NCBI GenBank assembly: GCA_034189385.1 | Contig: JAXHVD010000009.1 | Coordinates: 94,921-158,920, forward strand | Direction of reading: 5' to 3' | DNA from: Thermodesulfobacteriota bacterium | Lineage (GTDB): Bacteria > Desulfobacterota > Desulfobacteria > Desulfobacterales > C00003060 | Length of the DNA: 64,000 nucleotides | Part shown: in pieces, positions 1 through 8,861 of the stretch | Position numbering within the stretch: the stretch's first letter is position 1 | Layout of the letters: each line of letters begins with the position of its first letter | The notes under the pieces: model-generated | Seen by the model: the letters and a program-made list of their open reading frames with translations, nothing else | Told to the model about the DNA's origin: nothing | The model's database searches: none | Translations under genes and position numbers: made by a program

Positions 1-62
1 TTGCGGCTTTCGCCTTAAGAGATTGCGGCTCTCGCCTTAAGAGATTGCGGCTTCTGCCTTAA
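1..62. repeat. 22-bp tandem repeat, about 3 units, possibly truncated by the window edge
   Basis: ttgcggctttcgccttaagaga / ttgcggctctcgccttaagaga / ttgcggcttctgccttaa. Units differ only in the 4-nt loop of a GGC-N4-GCC hairpin. Confidence 0.85.
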
Positions 63-284
63 AAAAATACGAGGATTCAAGCGAGAAACCCCGAACCTGT
101 TTCTCCGACTAAGCCGGAGAATCGTCTCATTAAGTGGCTTTCTCCGGTCGGTGTTATCCGTTAACCGCCTACGGAGGACAGGAGGTCACTAAGCCCAAGG
201 GGTGGTTCTTGGCGGTGAATTGTAGTGATGTGACAGAGCATATGTCAAGGCACAGGAGAAGATGTTGAAAAGGAGGCACTTATT

Positions 285-1706
285 TTGAAAGGTCGTTTTC
301 TAGGTTATTTAGGTTATGATGGTGGCCATTGTCTGGCCATTGCACTCCTCGTAGTGGTGGTGGTCTCCATGGGGGGCGACGCCTGGTGCGGTCCCAATTT
401 GAGAAAAAGCCCGGTTGTTCAGGCCGTCAAGAAGGTGGGGCCGGCAGTGGTCAACATCAACAGCCAATATGAAATTGCACAGCGATCCAATCCCTTTTTT
501 GGCTTTGGGGGAGACCCTTTTTTTGATTCCTTCTTCAGGGACTTCTTTGAGCCCCGTTATCAGCGACGCTACACCGGACAGAGCCTTGGATCCGGTGTGA
601 TTGTTGACGGAAAAGAGGGCTATATCCTGACCAATGAACACGTCATTGCAAGGAGCACGAAGGTGAAGGTGGTTTTGCAAGACGAGAGGGAGTTTGAAGC
701 TGAACTTGTGGGCGCATCGCCCGATTTTGACCTGGCCATCTTGAAGATTGACTCCCATAGGACCCTGCCGTCTATCGAGATGGGCAGTTCCGATGATCTC
801 ATGATCGGAGAGACCGTGATTGCCATTGGCAATCCCTTTGGGTTTTCTCATACCGTGACTACAGGGGTGATCAGCGCCCTGGACCGTTCCGTTCAGACGG
901 AAGACCGTACCTATAGGGATTTTATCCAGACAGATGCCTCCATCAATCCGGGGAACAGCGGAGGCCCCATCCTCAATATCGAGGGAGAGCTTATCGGTAT
1001 CAGCACGGCCATCTATTCCAAAGCACAGGGAATTGGCTTTGCCATTCCCATCAACAAGGCAAAGAGGGTCATGGATGATCTGATCAAGTATGGGGAGATA
1101 AAGATTCCCTGGCTTGGTTTATCTGTCCAGGATCTGGACCGGAGGCTTGCTTACTATTTCAAGATTCCAGAAGGCCAGGGCGTGGTCATCTCTGATGTGA
1201 CAGAGGGGAGCCCCGCCCATGAGGCCGGCCTTGAGCCTGGACAGGTGCTCACATCCGTGGGAGGGAGACGCGTTGCTTCAAAGGAGACCTACCTTAGCGT
1301 TATCAGAGACTACGGTGTGGGAGACATGGTTCCACTGGAGGTGTGGAAAGATGGCCGAAGCATGGGTCTGAAGGTCCGATCCAAACCCTTTCCAAAGGCC
1401 TTGGCCGAGGATTTGGGCTATCAGTTTTTTGGGGTCCGCGTGCAGGAGATTACAGAAGCACTGCAGCACAGGTTCAAGGTGGGAACCAGGCAAGGCGTCA
1501 TGGTCTCAGAGCTTCGCCCAGGCTGCTATCTGGAACGCATAGGGGTACGTCCCGGAGATGTGATCCGAAAGATCAACGAGGTGGTGGTGAAGACAGTGGA
1601 TGACTATAAAAGGGCAGTGAGCAGGTACCGGCATAAAGAGGCTGCTGTTTTGGTTGTTCAGCGTGGAAATGACCAGTACTATGTGAGCATGAAGGTGAAG
1701 ACATAG
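285..1706 (+). CDS. Do/DegQ (HtrA) family serine endoprotease with two PDZ domains
   Basis: GSGVI, TNEHVI, IQTDASINPGNSGGP motifs; N-terminal hydrophobic segment; AGGAGG upstream. Confidence 0.95.
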   Translation: MKGRFLGYLGYDGGHCLAIALLVVVVVSMGGDAWCGPNLRKSPVVQAVKKVGPAVVNINSQYEIAQRSNPFFGFGGDPFFDSFFRDFFEPRYQRRYTGQSLGSGVIVDGKEGYILTNEHVIARSTKVKVVLQDEREFEAELVGASPDFDLAILKIDSHRTLPSIEMGSSDDLMIGETVIAIGNPFGFSHTVTTGVISALDRSVQTEDRTYRDFIQTDASINPGNSGGPILNIEGELIGISTAIYSKAQGIGFAIPINKAKRVMDDLIKYGEIKIPWLGLSVQDLDRRLAYYFKIPEGQGVVISDVTEGSPAHEAGLEPGQVLTSVGGRRVASKETYLSVIRDYGVGDMVPLEVWKDGRSMGLKVRSKPFPKALAEDLGYQFFGVRVQEITEALQHRFKVGTRQGVMVSELRPGCYLERIGVRPGDVIRKINEVVVKTVDDYKRAVSRYRHKEAAVLVVQRGNDQYYVSMKVKT

Positions 1707-1852
1707 CACATGGAAAGGGGATTTATCGCTAGCAGTCTAAGGGTTTCTATGGTTCAGTGGCTTGACCGAGTTGGTCAGGACTAGTAATCTGAGTACATAC
1801 TAATGCGGCAAAAAGTATTTAGACATAGTCTCTTACTTGTAGAAACAAATAT

Positions 1853-2134
1853 TCACCGCAAAGGCGCAAAGAGCGCAGAGTCTATATTTCTTTATGTTTT
1901 CCGCTGAGACGCCGAAAAACATAAGAAAGCTATCGCCTATGGCGAAGAGAAATGAATCGAGAGCAGGCATTTTAGCTGTATTTGCATGTGGTTAAGTTGA
2001 AAGATCGCTAACGTTCATTAACCCTACCAGAAGGGCAAGTTGCTTTTTGCTTTTCGGCGTCTCAGCGAAAAGCAAAAAAGGGGATTCCTTTGTGTCCTTC
2101 GCGTCTCGAGCGAGTGAATACGAGCGGGCGGTGA
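1853..2134. repeat. Nested palindromic intergenic element (MITE/REP-like)
   Basis: Ends TCACCGC/GCGGTGA; internal perfect 17-bp inverted repeat cgctgagacgccgaaaa (1902-1918) / ttttcggcgtctcagcg (2051-2067), each arm inside its own hairpin. Confidence 0.75.
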
Positions 2135-2232
2135 CCTTATATCTAAATGTCAATGATCTCATTAGTAAGAATGGAGAGAGAAAATAGAAGTTCGAGGGGA
2201 AAGGATGTTTCCAAGAGAGGCGATTTACCCGT

Positions 2233-2808
2233 ATGAGTAATCGGAAGGGGTGCCAGAGTGTGACTCCGTACGTATCTTCTTTACTAGGTGCTCTGAGATA
2301 TGTGTTCATTTTTACTGCTGTCATGGCGGCTGGAACGGCCTTGGCGGACAATTCCAAGTTCCATGGAACCTTTGACATGACGATGTCAGGGACCGAACCC
2401 CATCCTTGGAAAGAGGTGGGGACACTGAGAATCGGAAGTGACCAAAGCAGAATGCGTGAAGAGAGCTATCTTCACATTCCTGCCGACGGAAGCCCTGTAA
2501 CCAATGCGTGGACCCAGGAAGACGGCACGCCGGTTTCCCAAGTCATCAGCATATCGGGGGATACCATCACCGTAGATCAAAGGGAAGACTGTGTTGATGT
2601 CACAGGTACGAGGTTTCTTTGTTACACAAGACATCTGGAGTTTGCCTTCGCCGACGGTCATGTTGGCGCTGCCATGAGCGGCTCTATTTGGAGCCAAGAC
2701 CCAGAGGAGAACCAAGGCCTGATAACAGGGAGTCTCACCCGAGTTAAGGATGGCGGCGGCGGGGGAGGGGGGTGCTTTATTGACGCTGCCATTGCCAGGG
2801 ATCTTTGA
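2233..2808 (+). CDS. Secreted hypothetical protein with Gly-rich CFI-box-CTERM-like tail
   Basis: Signal-peptide-like N-terminus (..FIFTAVMAAGTALA); C-terminus GGGGGGGCFIDAAIARDL. Confidence 0.7.
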   Translation: MSNRKGCQSVTPYVSSLLGALRYVFIFTAVMAAGTALADNSKFHGTFDMTMSGTEPHPWKEVGTLRIGSDQSRMREESYLHIPADGSPVTNAWTQEDGTPVSQVISISGDTITVDQREDCVDVTGTRFLCYTRHLEFAFADGHVGAAMSGSIWSQDPEENQGLITGSLTRVKDGGGGGGGCFIDAAIARDL

Positions 2809-3297
2809 TATTGGTGAGCTCAAGGGGTATCCTCATCTGGTCCATTTTTGACTTTTTTAGTAGAGAGCTTATGCAAAGAGACTGTTGTGGGATCCACAGG
2901 ATAGACTCCCCCCAGATACATAAGATCTGTGACCTTATCCCCTCCACATCTTGCCGCTGATGGCCTTCCTGTTCCCTTCTCAACGGGCTGGTGCCCAACA
3001 GTGGCCCCGAGACGGTGCGTACACTGCTTCTGGCCGAGCCAAATCTGCAGGGCAGGTCCATGTCCAACGGGAGTAAAGGGACACAAATGGTGGCCTGCAC
3101 GGTGCTTCTGCTGTGGCGTCGTTTGCTCTCAAGTGGTATTTTTTTACATTTGAATGGTATTCTTTTTCCTGCTCTGTAGCGAAAATCCCCCCGCAATATG
3201 GCAAGTCCCTGCATACAATATGGCAGTAACTGTGTGTTATTGAACGAAAAGAGCTCCTAAGGGACTGGGTTGGCATAGATCTTTCTATAGGGGTTAA

Positions 3298-3828
3298 GTG
3301 AATCCCTTGGGGGTGTTGCCCCGCACTGGAGGACCTATGACTACTTCGGGCCGCGGCCACGCATTGATTGAGAACACAGTGACGGAGACGAGGTACACCC
3401 CTGCCCATCGAAGGGGCAGGAGGTCCTACTGCCTGTGGTGTTGGTTGATAGGAAAGCCTTGGAAAAGAAGGCGTGGGGCTTCCACTCCAAAGGTATATGT
3501 TTTAACCAGATACAGCCCCAAGATCTTTGCGGCCATCGTTGGCGTCATTCTCCTCAGCGTAGCGGATGCCATACTGACGCTATTGCTTGTGCGTAGCGGG
3601 GCCAGAGAAATGAACCCCCTCATGGCCTATTTCCTCGATCATGGGCCGCTCGCCTTTTTCTGGGCCAAGTACTTGCTGACCTGCATCCCTCTCTTATTCA
3701 TCATGGCGCACAACGGCGTCAAGCTCTTTGGAACGGGAGTGAAAGCGAAGAGCCTTATCCTCTGGATTGCTGTTCCCTTTGCTTTGGTGGTATACTGGGA
3801 GCTTTATCTTCTCTTGTGTGTGGTTTAA
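3298..3828 (+). CDS. DUF5658-like membrane protein
   Basis: LLSVADAILTLLL..GAREMNPLM..FFWAKY transmembrane pattern; start may be 3338. Confidence 0.7.
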   Translation: MNPLGVLPRTGGPMTTSGRGHALIENTVTETRYTPAHRRGRRSYCLWCWLIGKPWKRRRGASTPKVYVLTRYSPKIFAAIVGVILLSVADAILTLLLVRSGAREMNPLMAYFLDHGPLAFFWAKYLLTCIPLLFIMAHNGVKLFGTGVKAKSLILWIAVPFALVVYWELYLLLCVV

Positions 3829-3884
3829 AGGATCTTCAGACGACAAGAGGCGCTGCCATGACTCTTTTCTGGGGCTGGGGGCGT

Positions 3885-4877
3885 CTACTTAATGAGGCCC
3901 AGCCATTTGTAGGGATTGGTTTCGGCCGTGGTGAGTTTTTCAATGACTGCAGGTGGTGCCTGGACCTCTTTTACTACCTTGACCAATTCTTCGTGCCTTT
4001 CCAGGTAGGCGATCATTTCTAGGGCCATTTTCAGTTTGTTTTCTTGCCGCAGCTTAGGCCAATCAAAAGAAAAGACCACTGCTTTTGTTTTGGTCTTGTC
4101 TTCGGCAGAGATCAGTAGAATGCCGGCAGGATTCTCAAAGGTCAACGCTTCTTTCTGAGACGGTGTCAAGCCCTTGGCATAAAGGCTCTTTTTCCCCGGC
4201 GTCAGATGGAGAAGTACTTGTATGGCGTCGTCCTTGCACCAGGGGGGAGATCCGATCCATGTATAGGATTCTCCCTTTTTCAGGGGATACTTCTTGAGGG
4301 CGTACTGAGCGATGAGATGACCTGCGGCAATGGCCGGGCAGAAGTGTCCGTGAAACTCTGCGGATTTGAGTAGATCGTGAGGGACCCCTGCTGCCCAGGC
4401 ATTGGCCAGGGACACGACGGTGAAGGTGTCTGGCCCAAGTGGGGGGCTTAGGTCGATCCAGAATTCTGGTTTGGCAACGGCCTTAAGGCCAAGATTGTAT
4501 TTCTTGCATTGCTTTTCTTTTCCATCATAGCTGATGATGACACACTCTTCCGCTGCCCGACGGAAGATGGCCACCTTGAGGGGATAGTCCATGGGCCTGT
4601 GAAAGAACAAAAGATTGGCCCGGCCCACGGTGCAGCCTGTCTCTTCTTGAATCAAATCCACATAGGACTCAGTGGTCTTACCCTTTAGTCTGACGTAGGT
4701 CGCATCTGTTAGAATGGAGAGTTCAGGATCTCCTTTCTTGGCATTGAGGGCATTGAGCCCTTTGCGCAACTCTTCCCGCATATCGATGGCGTTTACGGTA
4801 TCAACAAGGGCAAATACGAGGACGACGGACAGTAGAAAACTGCTCCAGATTCTATTCATGGACAATGTCCATTGCAA
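3885..4877 (-). CDS. FmdE-family metal-binding protein with N-terminal signal
   Basis: AEFHGHFCP and PWCKDDAIQVLL..TPGK motifs. Confidence 0.85.
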   Translation of the reverse strand: MQWTLSMNRIWSSFLLSVVLVFALVDTVNAIDMREELRKGLNALNAKKGDPELSILTDATYVRLKGKTTESYVDLIQEETGCTVGRANLLFFHRPMDYPLKVAIFRRAAEECVIISYDGKEKQCKKYNLGLKAVAKPEFWIDLSPPLGPDTFTVVSLANAWAAGVPHDLLKSAEFHGHFCPAIAAGHLIAQYALKKYPLKKGESYTWIGSPPWCKDDAIQVLLHLTPGKKSLYAKGLTPSQKEALTFENPAGILLISAEDKTKTKAVVFSFDWPKLRQENKLKMALEMIAYLERHEELVKVVKEVQAPPAVIEKLTTAETNPYKWLGLIK

Positions 4878-4949
4878 AATGTTTCAGTGAAAGAGCGAGT
4901 AATGTCTGTGTCTTGATGCATGCCCTTGGAGTAAACGGTTGCATCGTGC

Positions 4950-5570
4950 TCATTGAAGCATCCCAGTTAGTCTGAGGCCGTCTTTAAAGAGTAATATGGC
5001 AAAGGCGAACAACAGCACCGCAAGGATTCGCATGGTGAAAAGATACGCCTTGCCGGCCAAGAAGGTTTTTGATCTGCTTGCTACAAGAGCGATCATCACC
5101 TTGGCTCCCACTAGGCAGAAGTAGAAGGCGACGATGAAGACCATGGCGCCATAGGTAGCCTTTTGTTGTGCCTTTACCACAGTGGGTGCGCCGACGCTAC
5201 ACCAGAACAGATACGGGTGGGGATTTAGTGCGTTGATGAGCGCTCCTTTTCTCAAGGACTTGGGGTCTTCGTCTTGGACTGCTATCTCGATAGCCTTGGT
5301 CTTCAAGCTCTCATAGGACAAGTACAGTATGAAGAAGCTGCCACAGAAAGAAATAGTGCCTAGGATCAGCTCGAAACTGGTTAATCGTGTGAACACGAAA
5401 AGGGTAATGAGAATGACGGGTAAGTCCGTTATGAGTGGGGCAAGTGCGATTTTGAGCCCCTCCGTGAGATGATGCTTGAGGGTCTGTGATATGACCAGCG
5501 TAAGCAGGGGGCCAGGTGCCAGGCCTGCTGATAGTCCAAGAACGATTCCAATGGCCAGCGTGTCGATCAT
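4950..5570 (-). CDS. LysE family translocator
   Basis: GLSAGLAPGP, NALNPHPYLFW; multiple TM segments; start trimmed to MIDTLAIG. Confidence 0.9.
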   Translation of the reverse strand: MIDTLAIGIVLGLSAGLAPGPLLTLVISQTLKHHLTEGLKIALAPLITDLPVILITLFVFTRLTSFELILGTISFCGSFFILYLSYESLKTKAIEIAVQDEDPKSLRKGALINALNPHPYLFWCSVGAPTVVKAQQKATYGAMVFIVAFYFCLVGAKVMIALVASRSKTFLAGKAYLFTMRILAVLLFAFAILLFKDGLRLTGMLQ

Positions 5571-6039
5571 GTGCGGTCGAAGAAGAAGGGAGATAGATTC
5601 CGTGCTGCGATCTGTGGGCCTCATGTTACCATGAATCGGATGGGATGACACTATAGTTTTGCTTATTGGGTTCTTGTTCTATCCTATCATTGGCCAGTTG
5701 TTGAGCGTTTCAGCCGAGCCGTTTCATGGTGATGGTTTTGCCGACTGTGTGGGAGATCATTTCCCTACGGTATGTTTTCGTGCTGTGTTGCATAGGCTCC
5801 AAAAGAGATATCGTTTAAGACATTGAGCTTCTGCAAAAGAAGGTAGCCTAGGGGACCTTTGGTGTTTCTCTTGGCGCCATTGTGGTCCCTTTCTGTGCCA
5901 TTGTACTGATGCAGAAGGCAAGGATGGATTTAGAGGCAGTAACGGAGATATGGAAAAACGCGGCGTTTACTGGGGCGCCAATAGACAGCCCATGGCCCAG
6001 CGAGATAGAGGTGCTGCAGAGGAATAGCGCGCAGAGGAG

Positions 6040-6340
6040 AACGGCGGCAAGGCTTCTACTGATGGGGTTGATGATGGGAGCCCCGACGGCGAGTTGGATC
6101 TTTTGCAGAAAGGGAAAAGGGGGTCGTAGTCCCGATCACTAGATGTTTGTATTTGGTAGATGGTGTGCGCAACGGCAATATGGAAGAAAGGATTCCAAGA
6201 GAGGGCGATGAGGAAATCGGGCTTCTAGCCACATGGCCAAAGGAGATGTGTGATAGTCTGAATGACATCTTGAAAGAGATCGACGGTGAGGTTACAAAAC
6301 TGGGCAGGACCACCCAGACGCTGTCTTGGAGCCGTCATAG
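6040..6340 (+). pseudogene. Frameshifted/truncated TM-HAMP (methyl-accepting chemotaxis-like) remnant
   Basis: TM segment LLLMGLMMGAPTASWIF in one frame, then VVVPITRCLYLVDGVRNGNMEERIPREGDEEIGLLA..EM.DSL in another; no signalling domain follows. Confidence 0.55.
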
Positions 6341-6838
6341 ACGACAAAAGGTAGTTGGAATTCAAGAAAACCTTGTGATCTGCCTGCGCCTCTGTGTTGG
6401 TGCGGCTTTATTTTCCTGCAACACCTTGAAATAAAAGAACAAAAGCCAAAATGCCGAAAGATCTTTATGCCCGTGTACCCCGGACAGGAGTCGGGACCGG
6501 ATAGGCGCTAAGTAGCTGAAAGTGAAGAATGTTATGCCCTCCGCCCCCCGAATCAGGTCGGGGAGAAGGTTGGCGGGAATGAGGGAAAAGTGGATTTTCT
6601 CACTTTACCGAAGCGATCTTTATTGAGTGAGAAAATAATGCAATGATTCGTGGGCCTTTTTGTGTTAAGGGTCAGGGCCCTTGCGGATTTGAGGGAAAAA
6701 GGGCCTTGACATTGTCGTTACCGGGAAGGTTTACTCAATGCGTTGTTAGGAGAAGGTTCTAGTGTCAGCATAATTAGGGCCTGGCTAGAACGGACTTTTG
6801 CGTGACAACGAAAGAAAACGATATAGGGGGTAGTTATT

Positions 6839-7465
6839 ATGAGGAGAATTGTCGGATTGACAATCTTGATAATGTTCTTTGGAGTACCTGTGGCTTATGG
6901 GGCTGGTAGTGTCTGGGATTTCGTGGGTTCCACGGTGAGTTCAGATGTGCGCAGGCTTCCAGACCCACCGGAGACGTTGGAGATATGGGATTTTTGGGAA
7001 GGTGAAGGGATCGTCGGAGGGGGCGGTGCGACGGGATCACTTCCGCTTCCTGAAGGGAGAAGAGCGTCTGGGGGGAATTCTGGGCCCCGAGGGATAACGG
7101 ATCCACCGGACACGTTGGAGATATGGGATTTTTGGGAAGGTGAAGGGGTTGTCGGAGGGGGCAGTGGGACGGGATCACTTCCGCTTCCTGAAGGGAGAAC
7201 AGCGTCTGGGGGGAGTTCTGGGCCCCGAGGGATAACGGATCCACCGGATACGTTGGAGATATGGGATTTTTGGGAAGGTGAAGGGATTGTCGGAGGGGGC
7301 GGTGGGACGGGATCACTTCCGCTTCCTGAAGGGAGAACAGCGTCTGGAGGGAGTTCCGGGCCGCGAGGGATAGCGGATGCACCGGACACGCTAGAGATAT
7401 GGGATTTCTGGACTCCTGGGGGGAACCTGGAGGTATGGGACTTTGCAGGAGGTGAGATGGAATAG
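6839..7465 (+). CDS. Secreted Gly-rich repeat protein with WDF(W) motifs, function unknown
   Basis: Signal peptide MRRIVGLTILIMFFGVPVAYGA; three 46-aa repeats plus a partial fourth; six WDF motifs; G-rich RBS; TTGACA at 6706. Confidence 0.8.
   Translation: MRRIVGLTILIMFFGVPVAYGAGSVWDFVGSTVSSDVRRLPDPPETLEIWDFWEGEGIVGGGGATGSLPLPEGRRASGGNSGPRGITDPPDTLEIWDFWEGEGVVGGGSGTGSLPLPEGRTASGGSSGPRGITDPPDTLEIWDFWEGEGIVGGGGGTGSLPLPEGRTASGGSSGPRGIADAPDTLEIWDFWTPGGNLEVWDFAGGEME
6962..7411 (+). repeat. 138-bp in-frame tandem repeat, about 3.3 copies
   Basis: Units start at 6962, 7100, 7238 and 7376 (DPPDTLEIWDFWEGEG...GPRGIT). Confidence 0.95.
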
Positions 7466-7704
7466 GGGCATCCGTTTCGGTGAGGCGGGGGGGATGAAGG
7501 AGGTCATGATTTCTTGGCGCTTTTCGAGACTTGGGGCTGATTCCGAAAATGGTGAATGTCCCCGGAAAAAGGTTTGGGCTGGTGTAGGACTAGTGACGGT
7601 GTTTTTTGGCTCAAGGCTAGGCAAGGGCGGGGGGAGGGTAGTGCCTATTTGTGGTGGAAGGCGTAGGGAAGGGGATGGGGGAGAATGGCAGAATGAAGAG
7701 TTAA

Positions 7705-7720
7705 TGTTTCACGTGAAACA
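7705..7720. promoter_or_regulatory. parS centromere-like site
   Basis: Perfect TGTTTCACGTGAAACA consensus, within a 20-bp palindrome (7703-7722), intergenic. Confidence 0.9.
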
Positions 7721-7838
7721 TTGAAAGGGGATCCCGTAACCAGAAAGAGGGCCCGTGTGTCTCGTTTGAACCGAATAAGCGAGCCCATTCCCCGTAGCTT
7801 GCCAAGGGAAGGGTTCAATCTTCCAATCTGTCGTGGCC

Positions 7839-8813
7839 TTACGTCTTAGAGAGGAGGACCAGATTCCTCTCAATGCCCGACCGGGGCAAACAGTATCCCT
7901 TCACCTGCGCCGTTAGGCCCGCCGCCCTGATCTTTTCCTGGACCCTTTCCAGTTCCTCTTCCACGTCTTTTCCCTTCATGGCAATGATCCTCCCCGGGGT
8001 GCGCAACAGCGGAAGTGCATGATCAATCAGACCGTCGAGTTTGAACGCCGCTTTTGACACGATCAGATCATATGGGTCGCCTGTTGTCTGAACCTCCTTT
8101 GCCAGGGCCTCAGTCCGGATGTGACGGGCCTCAATATCCTCGAGGCCTAACGTCCTTATCACATGTTTCAGGAAGTTGGCCTTTTTCCTGGATGCCTCTA
8201 TGAGGCATAGCACTAAATCTGGCCGCAGGACCTTTAAAGGGAGTCCTGGAAAGCCCCCTCCTGATCCAATGTCCAGCACCCTGGCGGCTGCGGGCACCAA
8301 GGAGACCAGGGGCAGGGCGTCCAGAAAGAGCTTTTCCGCCAGTTCTCTTGCGTCGGTGATGGCCGTGAGGCTGGCCACCCGATTCCAATCCAGAAGCTCT
8401 CTGGCATGGAGCGCGAATTGGTTCGTTTGACCCGAATCCAAATGGATTCCCAACTCCCTTGCACCCTCAATCATGCATTCGCAGAAGTCGGCCCATCTTG
8501 GCGATGAAAACCCCCTTTCCCTTTTTAGTTCTACAATGGTCGCCCCCCAACCTCCCGCAGACCCAGGTGCTTCTGAAAAGGACGCCACCATGGGGAGCTT
8601 CTTGAGCAAATGGTGGACCCGATTCCTTTGAACTCCTTTTCCCTTGCCGTGGATGATGCGAACAGAATAGATCCTTGCCTCCAGACACTCGGTCAAGTAC
8701 TCTTCTATCAGACTTGGAATGTCTTTAGGACGAAACGTGTGCAGGTCCAAGACCCCCCCGATAGGGATCTTCACGGGCATTGAACGTCCGTTGTATAACG
8801 GTCCCTCCTCCAT
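7839..8813 (-). CDS. rsmG: Smr-domain / 16S rRNA m7G527 methyltransferase RsmG fusion
   Basis: N-terminal LDLH..RIIHGKG..GGWGAT (Smr) in frame with VLDIGSGGGFPG..KKANFL (RsmG); start trimmed to MEEGPLY. Confidence 0.85.
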   Translation of the reverse strand: MEEGPLYNGRSMPVKIPIGGVLDLHTFRPKDIPSLIEEYLTECLEARIYSVRIIHGKGKGVQRNRVHHLLKKLPMVASFSEAPGSAGGWGATIVELKRERGFSSPRWADFCECMIEGARELGIHLDSGQTNQFALHARELLDWNRVASLTAITDARELAEKLFLDALPLVSLVPAAARVLDIGSGGGFPGLPLKVLRPDLVLCLIEASRKKANFLKHVIRTLGLEDIEARHIRTEALAKEVQTTGDPYDLIVSKAAFKLDGLIDHALPLLRTPGRIIAMKGKDVEEELERVQEKIRAAGLTAQVKGYCLPRSGIERNLVLLSKT

Positions 8814-8861
8814 GGCGAGAGAGCATACTCGATTTGTCCGAAAAGGCAAGATACAGGGGCT

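Noticed and set aside
2870..2960. Alpha/beta-hydrolase remnant (ILCIWGESILWIP, minus strand)
   Set aside because: Similarity is too short to support without a search.
5728..5768. Fluoride riboswitch (GGTGATGG..GCC..CCTAC)
   Set aside because: The conserved GCT.ATGAC segment is missing and no suitable gene lies downstream.
6837..7389. Antisense ORFs over the repeat (181 aa and 164 aa)
   Set aside because: Shadows of the repeat; only the plus-strand ORF has an RBS and signal peptide.
6962..7411. 138-bp repeats as a CRISPR array
   Set aside because: Whole units are duplicated, with no unique spacers; they are in frame within an ORF with a signal peptide; no cas genes are present.
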